IMG/VR virus record: IMGVR_UViG_3300035007_000011 | Coordinates: 1-55,543 of that record | Source: a virus | Lineage: Duplodnaviria; Caudoviricetes | Length of the DNA stretch: 55,543 bases | Strand: one strand, 5' to 3' | In this document: positions 27,255-37,001 of the stretch, one piece after another | Layout: the number at the start of each line of letters is the position of its first letter | Position numbering within the stretch: position 1 is the stretch's first letter | Position numbers and translations under genes: made by a program | The notes under the pieces: model-generated | The model's input: the letters and a program-made list of their open reading frames with translations, nothing else | Database searches by the model: none | What the model was told of the DNA's origin: nothing

Positions 27255-27508
27255 CTATCACCACCGCAACGTACCGATGGACAGCACCCTACGCCTATGA
27301 TGTTCATGAGCGTCAGGGAAATCGCTGGACTGATAGAGGGTTATCGGGGAGTAATTTACCTGCTGAGTTTGCCACAAATTACCAAACTACCCACAATCTA
27401 GATTCGGCATTTACCATGACTGCTAATTACCTCAATCTACGTTTTTTACAAGAGTGTCCGGTTCGTAGTGGTCAGTTGAAAGCGTCGCAATCGATAACAT
27501 TTTCTTAG
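27218..27508 (+). CDS. HK97 gp10-like tail completion protein
   Basis: APYAYDVHE and CPVRSGQLKAS motifs (order permuted relative to typical gp10). Confidence 0.55.
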   Translation: MPIWRSWTPPQLTITTATYRWTAPYAYDVHERQGNRWTDRGLSGSNLPAEFATNYQTTHNLDSAFTMTANYLNLRFLQECPVRSGQLKASQSITFS

Positions 27509-27539
27509 CTTGAACAATTGTTCCTAGAAGCAGGAAAAT

Positions 27540-27950
27540 ATGCCCCAACACATCCACACCACCGCCCAACTCCGAAGCGCTCTTGCCGATTTACTTTTCG
27601 CCGAACTAGGGAATTTTGCCAACAATCAACCCGCCATCTGGGTTGAACCACCATCTACACCCAAAGGTGGCGCGAGTGGTGGTGTGGAGGTGAGTATTTC
27701 TCGGTTCAAGAATGTTTCTAGTAGTTCGCTGATGCTAAACAATCAACAAGAACAGCGCTACGAATGGATTGTAGCGGTGAAATTATATGAGCGCACCCCT
27801 GAAGCTTACAGCAAATTCAACAGCGCTATTGAAAAAATGCGGCGTTACTTCCCCAGGAGGCGAGAGACGGTATCACCTTACAGTGAAGAGGAGAATTTGA
27901 TTGCTACGTTTCGACTGAGTGAATTGGAAGTTATCAATAGTTACGTTTAA
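27540..27950 (+). CDS. Probable tail terminator
   Basis: 136 aa; follows the gp10-like gene. Confidence 0.4.
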   Translation: MPQHIHTTAQLRSALADLLFAELGNFANNQPAIWVEPPSTPKGGASGGVEVSISRFKNVSSSSLMLNNQQEQRYEWIVAVKLYERTPEAYSKFNSAIEKMRRYFPRRRETVSPYSEEENLIATFRLSELEVINSYV

Positions 27951-28040
27951 CTTCTTGCTGTTATTCTCAATAAATAAGTCTGCGTTGCCTAACTATATCA
28001 GGATAAGCGCAGATTTCATTGAAAAATCTTTCAACATCTA

Positions 28041-28069
28041 TTGACATTTATTATTAATTATGCTATAAT
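28041..28069 (+). promoter_or_regulatory. Consensus sigma70 promoter
   Basis: TTGACA-17-TATAAT, exact match. Confidence 0.8.
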
Positions 28070-28122
28070 AGAGAAAAGGGGGAAAATCTCTTCAATCCCC
28101 CCCTCACTACAGACTTTAAATC

Positions 28123-28341
28123 ATGGCGATTCAACATCTTCTCACTTTGGCTATCGAAGCTATCTTCTATTGCTTCACCGCTTTCATGGCAATAGACATC
28201 TTCATCCGCTACACTGCTCCATTTTCAGTCCCGCCATTGCCTAAGAAGACAAAAAACCCCAAACCCCAGAGTCTGGACGAGCTTGAAAACGACGGGATTT
28301 ATAATTTCGGACTCGCCTTGGCGCTCTCAGACCCCGACTAA
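28123..28341 (+). CDS. Small membrane protein
   Basis: Hydrophobic N-terminus; directly downstream of the consensus promoter. Confidence 0.5.
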   Translation: MAIQHLLTLAIEAIFYCFTAFMAIDIFIRYTAPFSVPPLPKKTKNPKPQSLDELENDGIYNFGLALALSDPD

Positions 28342-28784
28342 CGCGGACTTTGGGGGCAGCGCGATCGCGCTGCCCCGGCAATATCAAACAATCAACGCTA
28401 TACTCTGCACACTTCCGACCACTACACTCCTTAGTTGGCATCACGCCTGGGGCAATGCGATCGCGATTATGTAATCCCAAATGGAATCTACGAAAAGCGC
28501 TAGCGCAACAAGGTAGCTGGGACAGATCGAAAAATGCTAAGACCCGCACCCCGCTAGAGTTTGTCACCACGGCGATGGTTCCGGAGTCGCTGGTTCCTTT
28601 GGAAAAGTCGCCCTCCTCAATAATCAAAGAAAGGTTGGCGACGGTTCGATCCTTGGCAAATATATCTATAGGAGCAGAACCCAAAAGGCTTATTAGGGTT
28701 GCGTTGAGTGTCGAGGAGGGCGATCGCTAATTAAGTGAATCTGCGATCGCCTACCTGAAAATTGCTGTAATCAATACTGGATAC

Positions 28785-29057
28785 TTATTCCCCACTTGCT
28801 AGCCTGACAAACATTTCTTCAAAACTTAATCCTTCTTGTGATGCTTGAAAAGCTATCAACTCGCACCATTCAGGAGTAAGTCGGCGTATTGATGCCGACA
28901 ACAAACTGGCTGAATCAGCTGCCATACCTCTTTTTTTAACGGCAGCAGCAGCTTTCAAAACCCAGTAGTCCATATCTGCTAACTTAGCTGTTTGCACTCG
29001 TGTATCGTCTATTTTTGGCAGCCTAGCAGCTATTTCATCCCAGTTTGGAACTTCCAT
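28785..29057 (-). CDS. Small putative DNA-binding protein
   Basis: 90-aa helical ORF divergent from the 29186 HTH gene. Confidence 0.55.
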   Translation of the reverse strand: MEVPNWDEIAARLPKIDDTRVQTAKLADMDYWVLKAAAAVKKRGMAADSASLLSASIRRLTPEWCELIAFQASQEGLSFEEMFVRLASGE

Positions 29058-29185
29058 ATTACTTTCTCATAGCTTTTTATCTGCCGTTATATTACTATAA
29101 TCCTAGAAAAAGATGCGCCCAGTGCTGACGACACCGGACGACTTCCCCACCATCAGAAACTACCTGACAGAGGAGCAATTCAAGT

Positions 29186-29401
29186 ATGACTCCAATTGAG
29201 CTTCAAATAAAGTGGAATTTATCAAACACAGAGCTTGCGATCGCAATTCGCAAGACAGAAGAAACTATCAAGGCGTACAAGGTTAGGAAGTCAGCGCGAT
29301 CGCACCGCAACCCGCCACAAAGCACTATTTTGTTGTGTGAATTACTAGATAAAGAATGGGAAGCAGCAGGCACGGCACAGATACGTCTAGTTGCCGCATA
29401 G
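29186..29401 (+). CDS. Cro/XRE-like HTH protein
   Basis: LSNTELAIAIRKTEETIKAY..RNPP; gaggag RBS. Confidence 0.7.
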   Translation: MTPIELQIKWNLSNTELAIAIRKTEETIKAYKVRKSARSHRNPPQSTILLCELLDKEWEAAGTAQIRLVAA

Positions 29402-29481
29402 GTACAAAGTAACCGACAAAGTAGATTGCCCGCACCGTGCGGGTTTCTTATTGTGATAGTGCAACCACAAAAACTTGCACT

Positions 29482-29709
29482 ATGGACAGCACAACGCATT
29501 TACAGACACTTGAAAACTCCCTTAATCCCCGCGACCCTCAGACAGTCGCCCTCAAAAACCTCAAAGCGGTAAACAACCGATTGATTGATGCGATCGCAGA
29601 AGCTCACGAATCATTGTTAAAATCCGCCGGCTCATCCAGCGAACCAGACAAAATCTTGAGTGCTTGCAGTATCCTTGCCCAGGCTTTGGCAGAAGTAGCA
29701 AAGGTTTAG
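29482..29709 (+). CDS. Hypothetical protein
   Basis: Helical 75-aa ORF. Confidence 0.45.
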   Translation: MDSTTHLQTLENSLNPRDPQTVALKNLKAVNNRLIDAIAEAHESLLKSAGSSSEPDKILSACSILAQALAEVAKV

Positions 29710-29945
29710 TTTTGTTTCAATTGTTGCAAAAGCTGCCTCATGTATGCATTGTGAAAAGCGATCGCATTCAGTGCAGACAACGAAGCATCAATACTTCCAA
29801 AACTGCCTAAACCCAGCACGATAGTGCAATGCGATCGCACTCTCACCTATTGCTTCAAAGCGATCGCACTTCACAGATTGCAACTTCCTTCAAACCCGTT
29901 GCAGCAAGCATTGTAAAAATCGAGTTCAAAAACAGAGAAATTTTT

Positions 29946-30344
29946 ATGGCGAGAGAGGGGGAAACCCACAGAAAAATCTTTGAATCGCAGTTTGGGAAAC
30001 CAGTTAGAGCGCAAGCCTGGAATGCGATCGCACTCCAGATGAAAGAAGCTCAAATGCCTTTCACTGTCGAAAATTTAAAGTTTGTTGCCAAATGCAAAAG
30101 GATTGCCAATTACCACAGAGTCAAGTCACCGGTTCTCAAAAATGTCATCACAGCAGCTGCCCAATTGGGAGAGGAGGCATACGGCTTTCAAATTCTCCAA
30201 TGCGTCTTCCGACTTAAACCTGGGCTGACGCGAGACAAGTTTTATCGAGCATTCCGCACCTCTGGTATCCCCTTCAAACAGTCCTTTCAGTTCAAAATCC
30301 CTGAGCTAGGGGAAGTCCTTTACAAAATATTCGTGGAAAGATGA
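29946..30344 (+). CDS. Hypothetical basic protein
   Basis: First of a translationally coupled series. Confidence 0.55.
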   Translation: MAREGETHRKIFESQFGKPVRAQAWNAIALQMKEAQMPFTVENLKFVAKCKRIANYHRVKSPVLKNVITAAAQLGEEAYGFQILQCVFRLKPGLTRDKFYRAFRTSGIPFKQSFQFKIPELGEVLYKIFVER

Positions 30345-30943
30345 ACCAAAATAAAGTCAAAGTTATTCAGTCGCAGTTGAAGCGTCGCGGGACGAGCATG
30401 TCCTTGGCAGATATCAGGGACGCTCTAGCACTGTCCTACGGTGAGGATGTAGAAATCGACGACGAAATTGTTGCCGCAACTGTAGAAAAATTAATTGGCA
30501 GTGCAGTGGTTGAATCAAGTAGCGCCATGACTGTGGAAGAAAAACCAGAATTAATTACAACCAATATAGAAAAAGAAAAAATAGTTATTTCGGTAGCTCA
30601 ACAAATTAATGTGTCGTTGCCGATTGAAGCAATCAAGCAAATAGCATCAAGTATTGATTGGGCAATTGATTCTCGTTCCGCCTTAATGAAAGAACTGCGG
30701 AGTGCAATTCAAGCTTGGGCAGATCATAAATTAGCAGAAGCTCAAAAAATAAGTGATGAAATTCGCGAAGAAACTAATCAATTATTTGTAGATGTTTCTC
30801 AAACAATTAATAATGCGATCGCTTCTGACAACGAATTGTTTGAAATCAAAGCTATGGAAATGAAGAGCGTAGTAGACCAAGCTGTTGAAACTTTTCGGAC
30901 TTCCCATAAAGAAATCCTTGATATTTTCAAGATTCCAGCTTGA
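30341..30943 (+). CDS. Coiled-coil protein
   Basis: 200 aa, ATGA overlap with the previous gene. Confidence 0.65.
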   Translation: MNQNKVKVIQSQLKRRGTSMSLADIRDALALSYGEDVEIDDEIVAATVEKLIGSAVVESSSAMTVEEKPELITTNIEKEKIVISVAQQINVSLPIEAIKQIASSIDWAIDSRSALMKELRSAIQAWADHKLAEAQKISDEIREETNQLFVDVSQTINNAIASDNELFEIKAMEMKSVVDQAVETFRTSHKEILDIFKIPA

Positions 30944-31038
30944 AGAAATTGAATCTTACACAAAGTCACACAAGTTGAACTTGCTATTGCTTGTGCTTGC
31001 ATTTCCACTTCTACTATTAACTTTCCAAAATATTTTGT

Positions 31039-31692
31039 ATGGCAACCCCCAAACACATCAAAACCCGTATCAACACCAACACCAAAGCAGGTAGCGCTGC
31101 TGCTAGAGTAACCGGATTTAGTCCACAAGAATTAGAGCAAATATTGAAAGGCGATCGCGTCGCCATCAAAAAGCTGCGTGACTGCTATTACGAGTCAAGA
31201 ATGGCTGAATTAACTTTGCCGATGATGGAAGAAACTATTCCCAAAAGCATTGAGGTTAATAAACGGTGGAATCAGCTATTAGGAAAGTACGTTGCCCAAG
31301 GTAGCGCGGCTGATTTAGCTATTGAATCATCTGCGACCCAGGCATCTTTTGCAAACATGAAATATGTTCATGGGACAAAAGAGCTAAAAGAAGGATTTCA
31401 AGCGCAAGTGGAAATTGAGCGGGAACGGCATAGCAACCAAATTGATTATCAACGAGCTAAATTCTACGTTGATATGGTTTTTCAAAATGTTGATGCTGAC
31501 ACTAGGCAATTTGAGCAGGGGAAACGAGTAGCAGTAGCCCAACTAGTGGCAGATGAAGCTTATGAAATGGAATCAACTGTGGCAGTTTGGGAACACGGAA
31601 CCCTTGACCATATCAAGCGCAAGAACTATGAATCGCATCTAACCAAGCCAGGAAACATCTGGCGCAGAATGAAAAATGCTTTGGGGATTTAA
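31039..31692 (+). CDS. Coiled-coil protein
   Basis: 217 aa; amphipathic C-terminus NIWRRMKNALGI. Confidence 0.65.
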   Translation: MATPKHIKTRINTNTKAGSAAARVTGFSPQELEQILKGDRVAIKKLRDCYYESRMAELTLPMMEETIPKSIEVNKRWNQLLGKYVAQGSAADLAIESSATQASFANMKYVHGTKELKEGFQAQVEIERERHSNQIDYQRAKFYVDMVFQNVDADTRQFEQGKRVAVAQLVADEAYEMESTVAVWEHGTLDHIKRKNYESHLTKPGNIWRRMKNALGI

Positions 31693-31694
31693 CT

Positions 31695-31976
31695 TTGACA
31701 ACTTTTTGCGCCTTCTTCATCTACTGTCTTTCATTAAATCAATCTGTTAATTCCGTCCAACCAGTAACGGTTCAACCCGTTACTTCCCAAAAAAAACCAG
31801 CACCTATTCAGCCTAAACGCCCTAACGCACAAACATGTAAAAAGTTTCAATACGATCCGAATCATAAGTATTTAGCTACAATTTCTTCCGCAGAACTTCA
31901 AAAGGAATGGGAGTTGTATCAAGAGTGGGAAAAATCTGGATGCGGCTTTAACGATTATTATGAAAACCGAATTTGA
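31695..31976 (+). CDS. Small exported/membrane-anchored protein
   Basis: Hydrophobic N-terminus, Pro-rich linker, 2 further Cys. Confidence 0.5.
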   Translation: MTTFCAFFIYCLSLNQSVNSVQPVTVQPVTSQKKPAPIQPKRPNAQTCKKFQYDPNHKYLATISSAELQKEWELYQEWEKSGCGFNDYYENRI

Positions 31977-32409
31977 GTATGCATCTAATTGGCAAAATAC
32001 TCGCAGAAAAACTTTAAAACTGATGCCAAGATGTACCTGTAATCCACTGCACAAAGCATCAATTGTTCACCACTTAAAATACAAGCGATCGCTCTTACGT
32101 CGGTTATTTGGTTGTTTCTTGTTACATAATCCTTTTCAAGCTTCGGTATCAGGCTACGAGATTCTTGGTTGGGACATCGTACCCGTGTGCAGCAGCTGTC
32201 ACGAAAATAGTTATGGTCGAAGTCTCAATCACAAGAGTGTCCATTACACAAAAGTTTGGAAACAGAAAGGCGGATTAAATAATCACAACACATTCTTTTT
32301 TACGTGGAAGATGCGGTTTCTATTTTGGATTTGGATTAGTTTATTAATGCCATTAAGATGTTGCCATCAATTGATGAAATCGTTGAAGAAAGAGAAGAAA
32401 GCGAGGTAG
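31960..32409 (+). CDS. HNH-like endonuclease with hydrophobic C-terminus
   Basis: CTC..A..VHHLKY...IVPVCSSCH; MRFLFWIWISLLMPL. Confidence 0.7.
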   Translation: MKTEFEYASNWQNTRRKTLKLMPRCTCNPLHKASIVHHLKYKRSLLRRLFGCFLLHNPFQASVSGYEILGWDIVPVCSSCHENSYGRSLNHKSVHYTKVWKQKGGLNNHNTFFFTWKMRFLFWIWISLLMPLRCCHQLMKSLKKEKKAR

Positions 32410-32936
32410 AGAAAGTCTATACTGACTACCTCGAAAGACTGGAAATGTCGCGCTTATCAACTGAAGCTGCATTTGATTTTATTCGCAATTGTTTAATTTC
32501 GCTAACAGCAAATACCGCGAATACAGCAATGATCTACGTCTGTATCGACTTTGGAATGCACTGGTTATCAGCCTCTATGTTTGGTTTCGGATTGGGCTTG
32601 ATTCCGGTGGCATATCACCTCAATAATGCTGGTATTGATTTAAGTAGTGAATTTAAAGTGAAAAAGATTGGTGCGTTAATAGTAGCTGGCGGCTGCCTAG
32701 TCGCTGCATTTAATGTTAGTTATCAGTCAGGGGGAGAAAAGCGAACTCTAATTGATTTTACGAATAAAGGATTGATGGAATCTTCGCGAGAAGTTGCCAA
32801 CTATGAAGTCAAATTTAGCCCGTGGGATGGGGTTAATTTTTGGTTTTCGTATCATTCCATGCAAGCGGTAGGGAGTGGGTTAATCCCTGCTTTATTGGGT
32901 GCGATCGCAATGAAATATTTAAGAGGCAGGCGATAA
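32358..32936 (+). CDS. Multi-pass membrane protein
   Basis: 3-4 hydrophobic segments. Confidence 0.7.
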   Translation: MLPSIDEIVEEREESEVEKVYTDYLERLEMSRLSTEAAFDFIRNCLISLTANTANTAMIYVCIDFGMHWLSASMFGFGLGLIPVAYHLNNAGIDLSSEFKVKKIGALIVAGGCLVAAFNVSYQSGGEKRTLIDFTNKGLMESSREVANYEVKFSPWDGVNFWFSYHSMQAVGSGLIPALLGAIAMKYLRGRR

Positions 32937-34625
32937 GTGGAATGGTTAAAACTATTTAAGCAGCAAAATCAAGCCGCACTAATTATGTGCGGTTTTCTTG
33001 CAGCGTCGGGAATAGTAGCGCAAGTTTATTCGTTGTCCGGGACTAAATACGATGTAATTGAATATTGTTTTAAACCCCACAGAATTAATAATAAAAAAGC
33101 TAAATACTGCACTGACGATAAAAAGTATATTGCTCCTTTGGGATTTTACGAGCAAGAGAAATATGCTCCCGCAAACCCGCGTTTTCAGCGGGAGGATATA
33201 TTTGTACTCTCAGATAAAATGACGCGGTTGCGGACGATTCCAGCGACAAATCCGCAAGCTAAGAACTATGCGATCGCTGGATTGATATTAGAAATTGCTG
33301 CTACATTTTTAATTTCTCAAAGAGCTAAACGTTATAAGCGGGAATTTGCCGCTTATTTTGAGCAATTAAAAACTGATTTAAATCAAGAAATTAAACTTAA
33401 CGAACAAAAGCGATCGCTCTTCAACCATAAAGTTGCGGTTGAAACTGAATATATCAAAGATGCCATTACCGACCGCGACGCTGTACAGCGCTATCAAGAT
33501 AAACCGCCAGAGTTGCGCGAATTTGAGTCACAGCAAGCTCGTCTCCATAACGAAGTAGTAGAACTTCAAAGGCAAGTACAATTAGCTAAATTTAAGGCTG
33601 AGATAGCCAAATTAGAGGCAGATGAAGCTAAATTTAAAAGTGAAGCTTCTCGACATTTGAGTGCAACGGCTGACCCCTTAGAGTTGGCAGAAGAAATTGA
33701 TTATAAAGCTTTATGCCCTGGAAAAGTAGGAGAGCTTGAATTTTATGATTGGCGAAACCTAGCTGATGATGCTGTTGGTATTATGGTTGTGGGGAATAGT
33801 GGTAGCGGCAAGACTAGCGTAGCCAGTTGGATTGCGGGGTGGCTAACCAAAGACAAACCAGCGCAAGTTTTGGCGCTTGACCCCCATGCAAACAGAAATC
33901 CGTTATGGAATCAGTTAAACATTTATGTAATTTCTGATTTTCAATTAATTCAGCGCCAATTAGAAATCTTGTTGGAAATTCTCGATCAAAGACGCGCTAT
34001 GACGTTTGAAGAAGTTGAAAATGCAGATACAATTATTTGTTTTGCAGATGAGCTTTCTGCTTGTATCAAACAATTTAATGACCCCAATGTAGTAACTCAT
34101 TCGCTTGAAAGGCTTGGTTGCGAAGGGCGGAAATATAAAATAGTTTTCATTGCTATGAACCAAAGTATAAATACCAAAGATAACAAAGATACCTCCGCTG
34201 CAATGTTATCAAATTATTTGATTATTCGATTGTGCGCGATCGCCCGTCAAATTTCTGAGCGGTGGAAAAAAACCGATCCTCGACACAAGCACGTCCAAGA
34301 AACGGCTTACAGTTGTGTAATTTGTGGTTCGGCTTCTACTAATGTTGCCGTGCATCCTACGCACCACAGCTACAAACAATACAAGCAAAAAGGTAACAAG
34401 CCTCTTGGATTATTACCAATAAATCAACTTCCCCTCACAATTCAATTAGCATCTCCCCAGGATATTCAAACTGATTGGCACGAGGACTTAATACTATGGG
34501 CAGACGAACTAGGAAGGCTACCAAATCCCCAGGAAATAAAAGAGCATTGGGAGGAAATGATGGGACATCCCCCAAGCGGCAAGCAAGTGGAAATGCTGCA
34601 CGAATATCTAAAAAACCGGAACTAG
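32937..34625 (+). CDS. Membrane-anchored FtsK/HerA-like P-loop ATPase
   Basis: Two N-terminal TM segments, coiled coil, Walker A GNSGSGKT, LALDPH, Walker B ICFADE, EGRKYKIVFIAMNQS. Confidence 0.8.
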   Translation: MEWLKLFKQQNQAALIMCGFLAASGIVAQVYSLSGTKYDVIEYCFKPHRINNKKAKYCTDDKKYIAPLGFYEQEKYAPANPRFQREDIFVLSDKMTRLRTIPATNPQAKNYAIAGLILEIAATFLISQRAKRYKREFAAYFEQLKTDLNQEIKLNEQKRSLFNHKVAVETEYIKDAITDRDAVQRYQDKPPELREFESQQARLHNEVVELQRQVQLAKFKAEIAKLEADEAKFKSEASRHLSATADPLELAEEIDYKALCPGKVGELEFYDWRNLADDAVGIMVVGNSGSGKTSVASWIAGWLTKDKPAQVLALDPHANRNPLWNQLNIYVISDFQLIQRQLEILLEILDQRRAMTFEEVENADTIICFADELSACIKQFNDPNVVTHSLERLGCEGRKYKIVFIAMNQSINTKDNKDTSAAMLSNYLIIRLCAIARQISERWKKTDPRHKHVQETAYSCVICGSASTNVAVHPTHHSYKQYKQKGNKPLGLLPINQLPLTIQLASPQDIQTDWHEDLILWADELGRLPNPQEIKEHWEEMMGHPPSGKQVEMLHEYLKNRN

Positions 34626-34966
34626 ATTATTCAGTGCGGTACGGCAATAATTATAGTCGGGAGTGTGCTGTAGCTTGGGAAACTCATAAAGATTTGGGGT
34701 CTATTTGTGTATGCTGTTTAAAAGCTAAAGCAACTCAGTTGCATCATACGTCTTATGGGGGAAACCCTCTAAACAGGCTATATGAAAACTGGACACCTGT
34801 TTGTGTTAAATGTCATCGAAACTTATGTCATGATAAAACAAAATACTGGGTTCTTGATAAAAAGAATCCAGTATGGGGAAATTGCAATACTGAAGAGTTC
34901 AAAAAAAGACTTAAGCTAGGGTTGGATCTTTTACGGTGTCTTTATTTAAATTCCTTTATTAAATAA
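34496..34966 (+). CDS. HNH-like endonuclease (plus strand; the track's '-' label is wrong)
   Basis: Plus-strand atg ggc aga cga..ttt att aaa taa encodes the listed protein; CVCC..A.QLHHTSY..N.TPVCVKCH. Confidence 0.75.
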   Translation: MGRRTRKATKSPGNKRALGGNDGTSPKRQASGNAARISKKPELDYSVRYGNNYSRECAVAWETHKDLGSICVCCLKAKATQLHHTSYGGNPLNRLYENWTPVCVKCHRNLCHDKTKYWVLDKKNPVWGNCNTEEFKKRLKLGLDLLRCLYLNSFIK

Positions 34967-35148
34967 AAACGCTTTCATTTTTCAGGAATAAAAGCGCAGA
35001 GAATCAACTTAAAATGTTGCTTAAATCTTAACTATTTTCCCCAGAATTGTCAATAAAAAAGCACCTTTCGGTTAACGACAAAGGGTGCTTAATACGTGAA
35101 AAAAAACTAAATCCATTGCTTTAACCCTAACCTTCAAAACTCCAATCG

Positions 35149-35682
35149 TCAAGGAATTAAACTCGCTAACTTCTCTTCAATCCTCGCTATTTTCCGCTGC
35201 ATAATCGCTTCAGCTTCAGTTTGCTGAACTTGTGCAGATAGTCGCCCTAATTGACTTCGCACATCTTCAATTGCCTCACTATTGAGCGCGATCGCATCCC
35301 GCAAATTCTCTTCCGCTGCTTCCATACGCGCTAACATTAAAGAGTGTTTTTCGAGAAGTGCAATACTTTGCTCTTCTTTTCGTACTTGGTTTACTTGAAT
35401 TGACTGTTTTTTATCGCTTATCCAAGTAAACCAAGCGCTAAAAATTGAGAATAAAAGAGCTAATACTCCCACTGATTCAAGAAAGGCTTTCCAAGTTGTA
35501 AAGGGTAAGTAGATATCGAAAATGCGCTTTGCCAACCACATAGCGATCGCACAAAATATCAGAGTAAGAATTAACCAAACTAAATATTTTTCATACTTCG
35601 CGTATCTTTGATAAAGTCTCTTCCTCGAATTGGGAAAAATCTCGTTCGGATTCATATAATAAGATGATTTGTTCATTTCCAA
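35149..35682 (-). CDS. Two-TM + coiled-coil protein in the lysis cassette (holin/spanin-like)
   Basis: Two TM helices followed by a coiled coil; downstream of the endolysin. Confidence 0.5.
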   Translation of the reverse strand: MEMNKSSYYMNPNEIFPNSRKRLYQRYAKYEKYLVWLILTLIFCAIAMWLAKRIFDIYLPFTTWKAFLESVGVLALLFSIFSAWFTWISDKKQSIQVNQVRKEEQSIALLEKHSLMLARMEAAEENLRDAIALNSEAIEDVRSQLGRLSAQVQQTEAEAIMQRKIARIEEKLASLIP

Positions 35683-35992
35683 GAATTATTTCATCGCCAT
35701 GTTTTAGGCAAGCATATTCAACACGCCGACCATTTACAAAAATGCCATTAGCGCTCTTGTACTGCCCCCAGCCATCAATTAATTGGTAGCCAATTTCGTC
35801 TCGATACAAAACGCAATGTATCGCAGATAAATACTTGGCTTGGTTGAAGATAATTAAAGTCGGGGTTTGGTCAAATGCGATCGCTTTTTTTATGCACCTA
35901 TGCTTAATTCTGCCGATTATATAGTTACCATCTAGGACAAGACGAAATGAGTCGCTCCCGGACTCATTTATAAGTAGCGAGTGCCGTTTCAA
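35591..35992 (-). CDS. FHA-domain protein
   Basis: IGR, SAIHC, SANGIFVNG and LKHGDEIILG motifs. Confidence 0.85.
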   Translation of the reverse strand: MKRHSLLINESGSDSFRLVLDGNYIIGRIKHRCIKKAIAFDQTPTLIIFNQAKYLSAIHCVLYRDEIGYQLIDGWGQYKSANGIFVNGRRVEYACLKHGDEIILGNEQIILLYESERDFSQFEEETLSKIREV

Positions 35993-36000
35993 CTTACTCC

Positions 36001-36180
36001 TTATTCTTTTTTTGCGCTTTGAGCCAAGCCAGAAGCTCCAGCAATCGCTGTACCAGCCAGCCCAAGACCAGCTGCTGTTTTAGTCTCGCTTAAGTCAGAA
36101 AATATTACAATGATGCCAATTATTCCGCCAATTATTCCTAACAATAAAGGCGTTGAGGCTTGAATTAAATCAACTTTCAT
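36001..36180 (-). CDS. Holin-like small membrane protein (missing from track)
   Basis: Hand translation MKVDLIQASTPLLLGIIGGIIGIIVIFSDLSETKTAAGLGLAGTAIAGASGLAQSAKKE; overlaps the endolysin stop. Confidence 0.65.
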   Translation of the reverse strand: MKVDLIQASTPLLLGIIGGIIGIIVIFSDLSETKTAAGLGLAGTAIAGASGLAQSAKKE

Positions 36181-37001
36181 AGTTTGCTTCCATCCATAAT
36201 TGTTGTTAGAAATACATAATTATTGTTGGCTTGATAACGAGGGTCTGATTTGATAATTTTCATAAACTCTAAATGACCTCTTGTGGACTGACCCACTAAA
36301 CAGCCGGCACTAGCTCCATCGACTTGGGGCATGTCGTACCCCCAGTGTTGGTTTACACCAAAGTCTGAGCCGATCACAACAGTGTCGCCAGTGCGAAAAC
36401 CGTCTTTATTGCGATCACGATAGCCTTTAATCTCGCCAACCTGCACCAAGGCTTCATGGGTTTTATGCCAGCCGACAGACCAGGCTTTATACTGACTCAA
36501 GGCGACACGGAAAGCACCACCTGGATTAAGAGGATTGATTGTATATTTTAATCCTGGCTCTGTGGTTGCGTTCCAACAATTACTAATTTTAGGAATGCCG
36601 TTTTCAACCCGTAAAATCAAGCGCAAATCATTCCACTCATTCATGGTGTCGGCGTTGGGTTTGCCGTCTGAGTTGCAACCTTCCGCGTACACAATATTGT
36701 TGTGTCGTTCATCAATCCAGTAATTTTGAGCCAGCATATATTTAGCGATACGGGCTGCAAAATCGCCCTTGCTTAAGTCAAGTTTGGGCTGAGGTAAGGA
36801 CTTAAGTTGCAGCAACTCAGGTGTTAAAACTTGACTTTTAGTAATTTGAAGTAATTCAGCTATGGCACATCTGGTTTGCGCCCCTACTTTTCCGTCAGCA
36901 GTCCCAGATAATAATTTTAAATTAATCAATATTGATTGCACAAATGCAGCTAATTCTTTGTCAGCAGCAATTGCTTCAATATCTAAAGTATTTAATTTCA
37001 T
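36177..37001 (-). CDS. Putative endolysin (PG-binding domain + HxxxSAGC YkuD-like domain)
   Basis: VQSIL..ADGKVGAQTR (PG-binding); GVNQHWG..ASAGCLV. Confidence 0.7.
   Translation of the reverse strand: MKLNTLDIEAIAADKELAAFVQSILINLKLLSGTADGKVGAQTRCAIAELLQITKSQVLTPELLQLKSLPQPKLDLSKGDFAARIAKYMLAQNYWIDERHNNIVYAEGCNSDGKPNADTMNEWNDLRLILRVENGIPKISNCWNATTEPGLKYTINPLNPGGAFRVALSQYKAWSVGWHKTHEALVQVGEIKGYRDRNKDGFRTGDTVVIGSDFGVNQHWGYDMPQVDGASAGCLVGQSTRGHLEFMKIIKSDPRYQANNNYVFLTTIMDGSKL

Noticed and set aside
34475-34966. Minus-strand assignment in the ORF track
   Set aside because: The listed protein is encoded by the plus strand (ttg gca cga gga... to taa at 34964-34966)
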